Source: Vicugna vicugna
Taxonomy: Eukaryota
DNA: 64,000 nt
Assembly (NCBI GenBank): GCA_013265495.1
Contig: MU058009.1
Span: 2,420,001-2,484,000 of the forward strand
Reading direction: 5' to 3'
Both the position numbers and the translations under genes were made by a program. This document shows, piece by piece, positions 1-13,225 of the stretch. Position 1 is the stretch's first letter. Each line of letters begins with the position of its first letter. The notes beneath the pieces were generated by a model. That model searched no databases and was not told the DNA's origin. It was given only the letters and a program-made list of their open reading frames with translations.

Positions 1-2468
1 GCCAGAATATTTCAGCTGTGAAGCAGACAGGGCCCCTGGGAGAGTGGCAGGTCTCTCCAGTTACCTGTCCACACGGAGGCAGCAGTCTGATTCCGGGGGA
101 GGAGGTCCCACTGGAAGCAAGTATCTCTCCAGTTTATCTGCACTGCTTCAGGGGAACAGAACATCATTAACTGTGCTTGTTTGTCAATGAAGCCATAAGT
201 TTGAAAAAAAATCCCCCTAAGTTCTTCTGCTAAAACCCACGTGACTACCTCCTGATACGTCTCAACCCCTCAGCATCTCTCCCCCACCCTAGTCCATGTG
301 CACCCGGACCTGGCTGACTGCAGCCACCCCCGAGCTGGTGTCCCTGAAACTGTGCTCCCTTCCCGTCCATTCGCCCCTCCAGCTGGAATCATCTCCCCCT
401 GAATCCTTCCCTGAAACCTTCCAGTAGTTTCCATTGTCCTTAGGGCTGAGTTCAGGCTCCTTACCATGATCCGACTCCTCCCAGCCACTCCCACTCCTCC
501 ATCTCTTACTCAACAAAAGAGCCACACTCAGCTCCTTTCCATTTTTCCAAGACACCACGCCTCCATCCCTTCCAGGTTGTCCAGGACCCTCCATCCTTCA
601 TGGCAGCACCCCCCATCTCCCACACTCATCTTCCTCCGTCCCTCCCCGCTGCTTTCAGCCCATCTCTTCACCCACCAACTCTACTCATCCAAGCCTGCTG
701 CCTGTAGATTTCTGCTCCCCAGACCCGGTTACCTCCCCCTGCTCTGCACCATCATCTGTCTGAACTGAGCCCGTCTTAACCCTCATTAACACTCTGTGAT
801 GGCAGGCTTCCCACGTGCCCGAGAGCCAGTCCCTGCCTGGCTTGTTGGCTCCCCATGGCTCTCCAAACATCCCTGCATCAGTAAATGTGGGCTGGATGAA
901 AACACAGACTCATTCCAGAACAGCCATGATGCCCAACCTCTCCGCTACCTTCCCAAACTCCTGCCCAACATGCGCTTCCAGTTCTGGGCTCCTCCTTTTA
1001 TATTCAATCACACGACGCCAGCTTCCCTGTTCTATTTCCCTGTGACATAACTCCTGTTGTTACTTTTCGCTGCCCCCTCACTGACTCAGCCTCATGTTCC
1101 TCCCCTAGTCAGGACAGCCCACCCCACCAAGGACCTCAGAAGTTCCTGGAAACTTTGAGAAGTGCTGAAGAATTGGCTGCTTAACTTTTCGAGGCTGTGG
1201 GGAGGGCTGGCCCGCCCCCTAGAGGTGACAGTGAGAACTTGTGTAAAGTCACCTGGGCCCACCCTCACCCCACCATCCCCATCAGTAATTTCCAGGATCC
1301 CCAGAATTGCTAAGTGCAAATCCAGAAGGACCGGTAGGAGTCCTCCAGCCCAGCTGCCAACATTTACAGATGAAAACACGACCCATAAGATCTCAAAGAA
1401 GAAAGATGGTGAAAATGCCGGTCTGCGGTCCCTCCTCGCCCCTCCTCGCCCCTCCCAGCCCCCTCCTCCTCCAGCATTTTAGGCCCACCCACTACAAATT
1501 CAGAGAGTCGGCAGACACAGGCACCGGGGGTGGACACCGGCTGCATTCCTTCCCTCTCTGACGGAGTGAAAAAGTGTCACTGTCCTAGGAGAGTGTTTTA
1601 GGGCCAGGGACAGAGGTCTAAAGCACCAAGTGAGAGGCGGGCCCTTGGTGTGGGAGCATATCCAGGAACACGATTCCCTGATCGCTCTCCTAGAATTATC
1701 CAAGACGATCCAAAGCCTTGTTCTAACAGAGCTCAATCACCCATAAAGCAAAACACCTGGAGCGCTCTGGTCAAGTTTAGTAATCACATGAAGTGGGAAA
1801 TATTTACTCACAGACCTTCTGCGGTGCGTGCATGATAAAATGAGTGGCATTTTTGGGGTTTTTTTCCCTTAAGTCAGATGCAGCTCTACCCAACGCCTGC
1901 CGAGCCTGAAATGAGATGAACCTCTCTCACCGTCAATACTCTGGGGAGATACTAGGGTTTGGGGAAGGTGACGGGGGAGCCATGGATTTAACACAGATGT
2001 TATGATGTAGCTAAATGGTGTCTGTTCAAGGAGAGTAGATGTGGGTGGTATCCGTGGGCAAGAGACTTCCCCACAGGGAAAGACCTTCCCTTTATCACAG
2101 GTGGCACATGCCAAATGTATCAGATTGTTTTTTCTATCACAATGCAGCTGTGAGACAAGACTTTCAATGCTTATATATTTTGAACACTCAGTAACCTATA
2201 TCCATGTTTCTTAAAGTGTGATCTACAGGCCACTGAGGGGTCTCCCAAACACTTCTGGAGGTTTACGAGGTCAAAACTACTTTCAAGATAGTACTGAGGT
2301 ATTATTTTTCTTTTTCATCACGTTCACAGTTGCACTGGTGGATAAAACTGCTGGTGCCTAGCACGAATCAAGGTGATGATACCAAACTTCACCAGCAGAC
2401 ACCATAATCCTTGCATGCACTCATGGAAAATGAAAAATCCGGTTTCACTTAAAAATGTCCTTGATGAT

Positions 2469-4060
2469 AAAAAGAAGGAAGCTGGAGGCATACCCCTCCC
2501 AGACTTTAGACAATACTACAGAGCTACAGTCATCAAAACAGCATGGTACCAGCACAAAAACAGACAGACAGATCAATGGAACAGAATAGAGAGCCCAGAA
2601 GGAAACCTACATATTTATGGTGAATTGATCTTCGACAAAGGAGGCAAGAATAGACAATGGAGAAAAAACAGTCTCTTCAGCAAGTGGTGCCGGGAAAGCT
2701 GGACAGCCACATGTAAGTCAGTGAAATGAGAACACTCCCTCACAACATACACAAAAATAAATTCAAAATGGTTTAAAGACCTAAACATAAGACATGACAC
2801 CATAAAGTTCCTAGAAGAGAACACAGGCAAAATATTCTCTGACATAGATCATAGCAATATTTTCTTAAGTCAGTCACCCAAGGCAAAAGCATTAAAAGCA
2901 AAAATAAACAAATGAGACCTAATCAAACTTAGAAGCTTTTGCACAGCAAAAGAAACCATCAACAAAACAAAAAGACAACCTACAGAATGGGATAAAATAT
3001 TTGCAAACAATGCTACTAACAAGGGATTAATTTCCAAAATATATAAACAGCTCATACAACTCAATATCAAAAAAACACACAACCCAATTTAAAACTGGGC
3101 AGAAGATCTGAACAGACATTTCTCCAAAGAAGACATAGAGACAGGGAACAGATACATGAAAAGATGCTCAGTATCGCTAATTATTAGAGAACTGTAAATC
3201 AAAACCAAAATGAGGTATTACCTCACACCAGTCAGAATGGTCATCATCAGAAAGCCCACAAATGGTAAATGCTGGAGAGGCGGTGAGGAAAGGGAGCCCT
3301 CCTGCACTGCTCGTGGGGATGTAACTGGTGCAGCCACTACAGTAAACAATATGGAGGTTCCTTAAAAAACTAAAAATAGACTTACCACAGGATCCAGCAA
3401 TCCCACTCCTGAGCATATATCTGGCAAAAACAAAAGCTCTAATTCGAAAACATACACGCACCCCTGTGTTTACAGCAGCAGTCTTTACAACAGCCAAGAC
3501 ATGGAAGCAACTGAAATGTCCATTGACGGATGACTGGATAAAGAATTTGTGGTGTATATACACATACACACACACACACACAAACACACACATACATATT
3601 ACTCAGCCACAAAAAAAGAATGATGTATCGCCATTTTGCAGCAACATGGATGGACCTAGCAATTATCACACTAAATGAAGCCAGACAGAGAAAGACAAAT
3701 ATCATATGATATCACTTGTATGTGGAATCTAAAAAAAGTAATACAAATGAACTTATTTACAAAACAGAAATAGACTTGCAGACATAGAAAACACACTTAA
3801 GGTTACCAAAGGGGAAAGGGAGGAGGGGGAGGAATAAAGAAGTAACATATTAATAGATAACAAACTACTATATATAAAATAGATAAGCAACAAGGATTTA
3901 CTGTATAATGCAGGGAACTATGTTCAATATCTTGTAATAACCTATAATGGAAAATAATCTGAAATATATATATATACATATATAGACAACTGATTCACTT
4001 TGCTGTATACCTGTAACTAACACAATATTGTAAATCAACTATACTTCAATTAAAAAAAAT
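2469..4060 (+). mobile_element. 5'-truncated LINE-1 (ORF2 C-terminal part, 3'UTR, A tail)
   Basis: ORF2 peptide [23 protein letters not shown]...[10 protein letters not shown]1 3' end TTGTAAATCAACTATACTTCAATTAAAAAAAA; degenerate TSD AAAAATGTCCTTGATGA / AAATAAGTCCTCATTGA; contains a (CA)n repeat near 3560-3592. Confidence 0.92.
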
Positions 4061-5030
4061 AAGTCCTCATTGAAACAGGTAAAAAACAAGAATCTTATTA
4101 AGTCTCAGTCTTCGGTTACACACCTTTTTAAAAAGTTACACATCGAGCACTTGCGTTGCACTCGGAGCACAACCCTGTCCAGAAAACATGCAACTGTGGG
4201 CTGTTTGAATTCAAGCTGCATGAGCCGCTTCTTTTGCGGGACACTACTGTCCCTTGAAAGGGTGACTGACAAACTGGGCTTATTCAGACACGGATATCTA
4301 GAGACTTTCTCGCAAAAATAAATAAAATGAGCCTGTCACTTCAATGGAAGCAGCTGACAACACGTGTGCCAGTGATCAAACTTGACCTTTCAAGCAAAAA
4401 TAGAGTTTTGGAAAACTTGTGTCCACCGCTATAAACTAGACGCCTTCCCACCCCTTGCAGACTTTTCCAGTGACGTCAGTGGTGTTACTAACAAATGCGA
4501 CGGTTTTTATCTGGTCAAGTGAAATTCGCCAGCATTTGAAAGATCTGCGAAACTCCGTGAGTCACTGTTTTCCAAATGACCGGTGCATGATGTCATTAAA
4601 TCACACAGGAGTGGAGACCCACTCAAGCTCTGGACTGACCAGTGGATTTTGATCTAACAGAGTACAAATTTCACTGATGAGGCTTCAGAGGCCACATCGC
4701 AACTAAACTTTAAGAAACGATTACTTGTCAATTTTTCAAGTAGAAAAATATCCCCAATTATTTAAATATTTCTCCTTTATACAACTACATATTTGTGTGA
4801 AGCCAGACTTTCTCCAAATATTTCAGCGTAAACAACACATCCCAACACATTTTATTCAGAAGCAAACATGAGAAATCAGCCGTCTTCTCTTAAACCAAAC
4901 AGTAGAAAGAGCGGTAAACATGTAAAGCAATGCCACTCTCCTTAAAATGTCTTTGCTTTGGAAAGTATAGGGTTTTTTTAATTAAAATTGTGTTATATTA
5001 ACATATGATGGGTTTATTGATGTTATTTTT

Positions 5031-5178
5031 TTATTGAAGTACAGTCGGTTACAAGGTGTCAAAATCTCTGCTGCACAGCAGTGTCCCAGTCACGCATGTA
5101 CGTACATATATACGTCCTCATGTTCTTTTTCATTAAAGGTTATTGTAAGATATTGAATATAGTTCCCTGTGCTGTATC
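5031..5178 (-). mobile_element. Short LINE-1 3' end
   Basis: Reverse-complement L1 3'UTR tip flanked by a perfect 12-bp TSD GATGTTATTTTT (5019-5030 and 5179-5190). Confidence 0.85.
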
Positions 5179-5299
5179 GATGTTATTTTTAATTACACTT
5201 TTTAAAACTTCTCAGTTTGCATTTCTAATATATATGGACAAAAGTATCTTCTCTGTCCGTCTGTCTCTCTCTCTCTCATGCTTATCTCCACAGCATCTG

Positions 5300-5750
5300 T
5301 AACTAAATCAAGCTGTATCACTCCCCTACTTAAAATCCTTCAGCGGATTCCCACTGCAATTAGAATACAATCCAAGCCCTCTCCTGGAGCCAGCGAGGCA
5401 TAATCGAGGCCCAGGCCAGCCTCCGCTGTCATCGGGGCCCCCACCCTGTGCTCCAGCGCAGCCCCCGCCACGTTTTCCAGGGCACCTCAAGCTGCTCTCA
5501 CTTCTCGCCTTTGCACTTACTTATCCAAACCCGTCCAAGGTGGCCTGGTCCCTGTGCAGCCACCACCACTGCCTCAGGGCCCTCCACCAGCCCCCAGCCA
5601 AAGCAGCGTCTACTCATGGCCCTGGGACTCCTTGAAATCACCTCATTTACTGTTTTTACGTCCGTGTTTATTGTCTGTCTTCCTGCAGAGGCTGGACAGC
5701 TCATCCAGGTCACTCTTCCTCATCCAGAGATTCTCACGCAGTGGAAAGAA
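5300..5750 (+). mobile_element. LINE-2 3' fragment
   Basis: TCACTCCCCTACTTAAAATCCTTCAGCGGATTCCCACTGC...TTTATTGTCTGTCTTCC resembles the L2 3' region. Confidence 0.6.
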
Positions 5751-6159
5751 TGAGACCATCCACTGGGGACCCAAAATCTCAGGTGCCTTAGGGTGCAGGG
5801 CTCTCTGGGCTGCGCCTTGCTTTTAAGGACTGGTGAGATTCCCGTGAAGAAAAGGGAGGGAGCCCTGGAGGAGCCACACAGTCAGACTTAGAGGCATACA
5901 TTTCCCAGGCTGGCATCCACGAGGATGCCGGGGTCCCCCAGTTCCGGCCCCCCTCCCAGGCCGCTTAGGACGGGAGGCCGTGGAGGGCCACGCTGTCCAG
6001 GGCGCTGACCCCCTGCGCCCAGGCGGATGGCCCACACCTGTGACAAGACTGGGTGGCGGGCATCTCTGCTGCCCTCCAGCCCCACTCGGGCAGCAGCAGA
6101 TGACCTCATTGTTGGGTCTGGGGTCCTGTTTTCACTATGTTCTGTTTTTGTCTCTTGCA

Positions 6160-7200
6160 TGAAGTGGTTTTATTTTTCAGAATCGGTGTTCCATTAGCCC
6201 CAAATCAACTCACACAAACAGGTACACATGCGGTCTCACTCCCACCCCAGTTACCTCCTCCCCACTCCTCAGCTAAGCCATTTCACCAGCCTCTTCTACC
6301 TTCCCCAGAGTCTCTGTAAAGTGACACAAATGCAGCAGTCTTCTTATTTTCACTCTTATTTATAGGAAAGGTAGCATATTGTATACACCCCATTGCATCT
6401 GGACTTTTTTCACTTAATATTCCTGGGAAATCAGTTCCTAGATAGCAGCCTCATTCTTTTTATGGCTACATAGTATTCCCCTGTGGGGAGGTACCATGAT
6501 TTATTTAAATACTTGCCTCTTGATGAATTTATTTTTAACCATCCCCCCTCAGTTGTTTACTAGTAAAAACCAGTGTCAGTTAACAAATCTTGCAGGTCAT
6601 CATGGACACGTGAAATTCTATTAGGTCAGTCCCCAAGAGAGTTATTGTTGGCTCAAAGATTAAGTGCACGTATAACTTTGACAGATATTGCCAAATGACT
6701 CCCCATTCTACCTGCCAGCATTAATGGAAGGAAAGTTTGGTTTCCTCACAGGTACACCAACACAGCACATTGTCAAATTTTTGGACTTTTTCCAATCTGA
6801 TAGGTTAAAAATAGTATTTCAGCATAGTTCTAATTTGCGTTGTTCCTGTCACGTGAGTGAGGTTGAACACCGTTGTTACGTAATTGGGGCCATTTCTTTT
6901 TTCCACCCTGTGAACTGTCTGCCCACAGCCTTTGCCCAACGCCCTTTGGGGTTTCTGGTCTTTTGCTGATGGGTATCTGTGAAGTGAGCTGCAAATGCTT
7001 TTCCTAGTTTATCCTACTCGCCTGTGATGTTTTGCCACGCAGACTTTTTCATATTGTTAAATTTATCGGTCTTCTATGATTTCTATGGTTTTATGATTTC
7101 TGGATTTTGAATCAGAGTTAGAAACATATTCGTCACCTCAGGGTTATAAAGGTTTTAACGCACGTCCTCCCAAGGTCTCATTTGTACTTACATGGATTTT
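6160..7200 (-). mobile_element. Old LINE-1 (L1M-type) fragments
   Basis: T-rich degenerate reverse-complement L1 ORF2/3'UTR phrases such as TATGGCTACATAGTATTCC and GAGTGAGGTTGAACAC. Confidence 0.6.
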
Positions 7201-10200
7201 TTTTAAACATTTAAATCTTTGGTCCGTTTGGAGCCTTTTTTTTTTTTTTCAATTTCTTCTTGCACAGGGAAGAGGATTCCTTGTGTCCTCTCTCTCCATT
7301 CAGCCCCCCTGGACTCCTTTTCTCTCCCAACCTGAACTTGGCCCTGGCACTACCTTTAGACATTACAGCAGCTGCCAGCAATGCAGACTTGGGGACAAGG
7401 CAGCCGCCCTCAGGCACCTCCCAGAGGGATCAGAGTTTCCACATGAATCCGAGCTGTCTGGGATGAAACAAAGTTTGGGGGGATTGAAGGGGGCAACTGA
7501 AGGAACCCAACAGCAGGGACCCCAAAGCTGGTTGCCTTAGCCAGTTAAAATTCTTGGAAGCACAGAACAGAGTCACTTGGAAAAGGAGAGAAATGGACTT
7601 AAAAAGCAGTTTCAGGGTTTCAACATGTGTTCTTCGCTGGTAGAATTCAGGATGAGGATTTGAAGGGCCCTGTGGGAGTATCCTCTCACGGCTCTCCCCT
7701 AATCCTCTCCAAATCGCCCGGGCTCTACAGCTGTTGGTTAGCCAGATAAACTATTTGTTCAATTATTCTTGGCCTGGATGGGGCGGCTTGCCTCAAAGGC
7801 TTTGGGCTTCATAATTCGGGCCACTTCAATCGGCCCGGGCCCTCCCAGGGCTGCGGACAGGAGACAGGGCCTGTTTGAAGACCGCAGTGCTCCCCGGACG
7901 GCTCTGCCTTCCACGGCCCTTTCATCTCCACCCAGACGGGGCCGGGGCGCTGACACCTCCCCACGGACCCCAGTGTCGGGGAGCAGAGTTAGCTTTGGGA
8001 ACGATGCCAAAGCAGAGAATCAAGGCGATAAAATAATTACAAATGAAAGGGAGATTAGCCCGCACTGTCGGGACAAATGCTTCCAAAATGGTTCCCGAAA
8101 TCTTGGGCGGCACATTCTCAAAGGAGACGCTGCTGCAGCTGCTGTCTCCATGGCAACGGGGCCAACAGATGCCCGGCTGGGAGCGCTGGCCCACAAATGT
8201 CAGACTCAACAAAACCCCAGCCCCGGGGCGGGAGATGACAGACCGGGTCACCTCTGCATCATGGAAATGGACTGGTAATTAACACAATTTTATTTCCTCC
8301 ATTTGTCTGCTCTCCCTCCGCCTCCCCTTGGCTTCAGCAGAGTCCCACTAATAAATGGTTGACAGCTGTTGAGAGATGGGTGCAGTCTGGCAGTTGCTAC
8401 GAGACACATTCTCTCTTTGGGTCTGATCCTCTGCCCACTGCAGGGTCCTCAGCAGAGCTGCTGGGACCCTGGCTCTCCTGCTGCGTTCTCATCTCGCCTC
8501 CCCCGCCCAGTCTTTACTTCACTTGCTCAGGATACCCTGAGGCAGCACTATGAAGTGGCTTGGGCTAGCTGTACACCCACCTCTACCCCGTGATCACCAG
8601 CATCTCCCTGAGACCCAGTCGAACAAAATCTAAGTAACAGGAGTGGAACTGCTGTACGACCCCTGAGCTTCGCCTGCCCGTCCTGCCAAGAATGCCTCTC
8701 CACCTAGACGCTCTCCCTGACACCTCACACCAGCTCACGCATCCCTGCGAGGAACTCGCCCTGGAAGCCAGGAGTCCCAGGAACGTCGGCCAAGGGCGTG
8801 AGGAGGTTCTTTTCAAATATTCATTGAGAGACCCTTCTTTTTAAAAACAAGCTCGTCGCATAGTTACTGGCTTGGAGTAAAGAACCCAGACACAAGCTCA
8901 GCTCCTCCATTCACAACGAAGCACCAACCATGTGCAAGTGTACGCTGTAAGCTCCCTCCTGGAGAGACGGAACCACACGGATTTGGGGTGAACCTCCAAC
9001 GCCCAGCAGAATGCTCAGTGCCCGCAACAACAAAGCAGAGAAGTTCAGTTAGGCAGGGTGTTCCTAACTTTTGAAATCACGTATCTTTGTCAGTAAGTTT
9101 TCAACAGGCATCCCTAAGTAAACCTACCTATATAATATATAATATATAATAGGTAGGTTTATTTAAATAATATTACCTATTCTGATAATGAAAGGAGCAT
9201 TATAGAACATACAGAAAAGCAGAAATCAGAAGAGGTAAGATTAAAAATAAGCAGAGGTTCTAATGTTTTCTTCTTACACCGCAACGGATCACCTTGCTCT
9301 CCCACTTTAGAAGCCACTGGTGCACAGGATACACAGGTTCTGCAATCAAAAGACTTATGGTCTGGTTGAGAAGACCTGAAAAAAAAAATAACACCGAAAC
9401 TTCTAGAACAAATATATATATAATAAAATAAAAGTTTAGAGGAGGAAGTGATCACCAAGTTTCCAGATGGGTTTCATGGAGCCCACGAACCCCACTGAAA
9501 TTGGATGCCCAAGTTTGCAGGTATGTGCATATGTGTGCATTTTTCTAAGGAAAGATAAAAAGCTTTCGTCTGATTCTCAGATGGATCTGGAAGACCCAAA
9601 AATTACAGAACAAGTGGCTTAAAGGGAGAAAGGAAATGAGAAGACAGAAGCATCCTGTCCAAAGTTGTTCTGCTTTTGCAGATAGAACAATCCAGACCTG
9701 ATGGCCTCCTGCTCCAAAAGTTACAGGGAGATCAAGGTGTTTCCAAGCACTGAAACTTTTTCTCTAGGTTAGTGATTTTCCACCTTCTTTCAGCAGTGCC
9801 CAGTAAATGAAGTCTTATGTGGAACCCGCATAGATAAAAGTGGATCAGCATGAAGATGCTCTGGGTGAAATAGAGTTGATGCCAAATCACCATCATCCCC
9901 AACTTCAGCATCCCCACATCAGTGATTCCAGAGGACTGGAGGTCTCCTTGAAATACAGCTGGAAATCCCTGTGCTTAGCATTCTTGAGCCTGTGAGGTGA
10001 CAGTTTTCTTTAACCAACATCCTCTTCACTCTGTTCAAAATCGCTCCTCTGCTACAGGGTCCACCTCTGGCTGTTTGACTTCCTTTGCCTCCTTGACAGA
10101 GTGCCCACGAGCTGCAGTCTCCAACTGTCTTTCACCAAGTGTGGCCCACGACCCACCCTCATCAGAACCACTGGTTTGCCTGCTAAAGACGCAGGCTCCC

Positions 10201-11369
10201 GGGCAGCAGCCCCGGCCTCCTGACTCAGGAACACTGGGCACGGCTCCGTGTCACGTGCAGCTTCGCAAGCTCCTCACACAATCCTCACGCGCCCTGGAGT
10301 TTGGGACCTGCCGCGGGGCTCCCACCATGACTCCCACCACCATGCCCTCAGCTGTGCCTGAGCCTACCCAAAAGCTGAAGACAGAGCCAGAAGGAGATGA
10401 AAACCCCCGGCCTGTGTGTCCGTGGCTCCAAGGGGAACAGCAGCTGAGTGTCCCCCGGGGTGACAATCCCCTTCCTCCGGTCAGTGGCAGGCGGGTTCCT
10501 TTCAATATAGCACGTAATGCCCTGCAGACTTCAGGAGGGAACCAGGGCAGCTCAGAGGCGTGGGATTACCCACGTGGACGTCAGTCCCCTGCAGCCGTGG
10601 TGTGGGGGACCCGAGGGAGGCTGAGCCCCAGAGTCCGAGCATTCGGGGGAAGGGCCAAGCCCCTGAACCTCTGCCTTTTCCCACGGGTAAAAAGACAGCA
10701 GTGGCTGAAGCCCGTGATGAAGCTACTGGGTAAACTGGCCTCACGGGACCCTCCCTGAGCTGAGCGGCAGGTAAGCGTGGATGCTGCCCGACTGACGTGG
10801 AAGCAAGAACCATGCAGAGAGATGCGGATGCACGGCAGGGTGTAGAGTCCCAAAGCCAGTTCTCCATCCTCTGCCCTCCTTCCACCCAAATCCAGTGCTG
10901 CTTCCTCCGTGAAGCCTTCAGCGCACACCGCTGTCTCCCGTCGAACTCCCGACTGATGTGTGGGCATCAGCGGGCACATGTGAGCGTGAACTTGGACCTG
11001 ATTCAAGTCCCCCTTCTTTGGTCAGTTACTTGGACTTCTTCAAGGGTGGAAACAGCCTTCCACCCGCACAACAAAGGGAAGCCTGGCCACGGCGGGCCGG
11101 CCCCAGGGGACGGCGGGGTGAGGCAGGAAGGAGCCGGCAGCCGGGCGCCCCGCCCTCCATGGGGGAGCAGGCTCCCCTTGTGGTCCTGGCTGCTTCCCAA
11201 CCCTGATTCTGCCTGAAGTTCAAGGATTTTCAGTACTTCTCATACCATCGATCTAAGCTGGCCAAACAAAAGTTTGGTGATTTCACATGAGCACTTTTGG
11301 AGAGCAGGGAATGTTTTTTCTGAATTTGTTCTATAAGGTCGAGCGAAGGTTCTGCCGGAGGGAGCGCAA

Positions 11370-11580
11370 TACAGCGGTCACCACTACGTACTGTGTGTCA
11401 GGCACCGGCCAGGCCCTGTACCAACAGCTTTTATGTGTACTTATCCAGCTGAACACTCACAGCATGAGGCAGAATTGCTGTCCACACTCCGCGCAAGAGG
11501 AAGCTAGCCCCAGTCTGCAGTTAAAACCTCCATAAGTAGTGGGATTCAAACTCAGATCTGCTTGACCTGGCCTCTGTCCC
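11370..11580. mobile_element. MIR SINE
   Basis: TACTGTGTGTCAGGCAC...GGGATTCAAACTCAGATCTG, MIR-like. Confidence 0.6.
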
Positions 11581-13044
11581 ATTACCTACACCCTAGGCTG
11601 GCCCAGGGCTCACATAGGGCACAGAAGCTTTTAGCCAAGTATCTAAGAACTGAGCTCAGTGAAGACTGCATCCTTTCCCTCCCTGCCTTCTGACATCACC
11701 CCTGGAGATGGGGCAAAGGTTTGAGTCAGACACTGCGGCCTTAGGTTCCTCGCCCTCCACAATTTCACCCAGTCCCTCAGTGACAGTCAGATGCGCCCAG
11801 TTCCTACCAGATTCACATTCTTCTGTCTCCAGCTTTGGGTTTTTCCCTCTTCCCTCCTGCCCCTGCCTGAGAGAGATGCGCTTCCTAGAAGTCAAACCTT
11901 GTGCAGCTCAATGAAAGACTTCTGGACTCCAGGACGTGCTGGCGTCACAGCTGAGGAGGGAAGGCCCCGGAAGCCTGCAGCCATCTGCTCTGGGCCCAGG
12001 GCCGGCTGGGAGGACGGCTTTGGAAAGGAGAAGGCAGGTGTGAAGCCTTCGCCTCCAGCCGAGGTCAAGCAGCCTCCCAGGTCTCATGTTCCCACCTCGC
12101 TCTGATGAAACCCCCAGGGACTGGAAACATGGCAAGAACAGGGTCAAGGACGTGCGCTTCTTCTGCCCTAGAGATTCTGCCAAAGAAATTCACGTTTGCC
12201 TTAAGTGATGGCGCGTTAACAGAACCCAGTTTTGTGTCTCAGCCACGGGCTTCTGCTGACGGATGAAGCCAGGATGGCGCTGGGATGCTCTCCCATCACT
12301 GTGCCTGGCTTGCTCAGGATACCTGTTCATGCCTCTCACTGTTCAGAGGGCTACCAGCCTAGGAAGCCGGGAGGCAACACCGCTGTGAAACTGTCTTGGA
12401 CCTGGGATGTGTAGGATCAGAAGAGCACCCTGAAAGGTAGCAGGAAGGAAGAGAGGCGATGGACCCAGAGGCCGGCGCGGGGAGGTCTGCACAGTTTCGT
12501 ACTTTTCAAGCAGAACTGAACGTAAGCCTGACTCCTGCATTAAACTTGGTCGGAAAGAAGCCTCTTAACATAAGAGCTCTGGCTGGATGGAGACACGGGG
12601 AAATGGGACTGCAGGGGCCCACGCTGGAGGGAAAGCAAGCACTGAGATTGCTTCACGGCTCTGGCGCAGGCTGCAGGGACGAAGCGCGCACTGAGCTCTC
12701 TCTGCATCAGACGTGCTCTCTCACGTCTCCGGGGCAGCACAGCACCCCCTGGTGGCCGGATGGGTGTGCGGGTCACCGCAATAGCGTGGAAACTGCGCCA
12801 CCTGCTGATCACTCTGTAGCATGTCGACTTGCCAACTCCAAACTTTTCTGCAGGTATTTTCAATTTGCTGACCTAAATTAGGCAGTATTGAGCCTGTTGG
12901 AAGTGTACTGGTGAGATCTTTTTTAAAAAGTGAAAATACGGTATGGTTTGCTTACCGTTCAAAGGGAACCAAGGAAACTGGGCAGCAATTATTTCAGTAA
13001 TAAGTGCTGCCCATCTGTCCGGAGATGTGAGCGGAGCCAACACC

Positions 13045-13225
13045 TTGCAGTGAAAAAAGGCAAGAATTTTGGAGTCAGACAACTGAGGTCAAATTCCCAC
13101 TGGCTTCGTGAACTTGGGAAAGTCACTTAACATCTCTGAGCTTCAGTCTTCCTTATCTTTAAAGGGGGGAGGGGTTGACCTTGCAACATTACAGTACAAT
13201 TTAAATGAGATAATGTATATAAATT
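13045..13225. mobile_element. MIR SINE
   Basis: TTTGGAGTCAGAC...AAGTCACTTAACATCTCTGAGCTTCAGT...TAAATGAGATAATGTAT, MIR core. Confidence 0.75.

Larger units (their letters stand above)
2203..5250 (+). mobile_element. hAT-Charlie DNA transposon (Charlie1a-like), split by two L1 insertions
   Basis: Start TTTCTTAAAGTGTGATC...GAGGTCAAAACTAC and internal GACAAACTGGGCTTATTCAGAC, TTTCCAAATGACCGGTGCATGATG resemble the recalled Charlie1 consensus. A transposase remnant TDKLGLFRHGYLETFS appears in ORF 4070..4321. Confidence 0.8.

Noticed and set aside
9997..10758. Longest ORF in the track (253 aa)
   Set aside because: Starts at GTG, is Pro/Ser/Gly-rich as expected from GC-rich non-coding DNA, and has no domain or exon structure I recognise.
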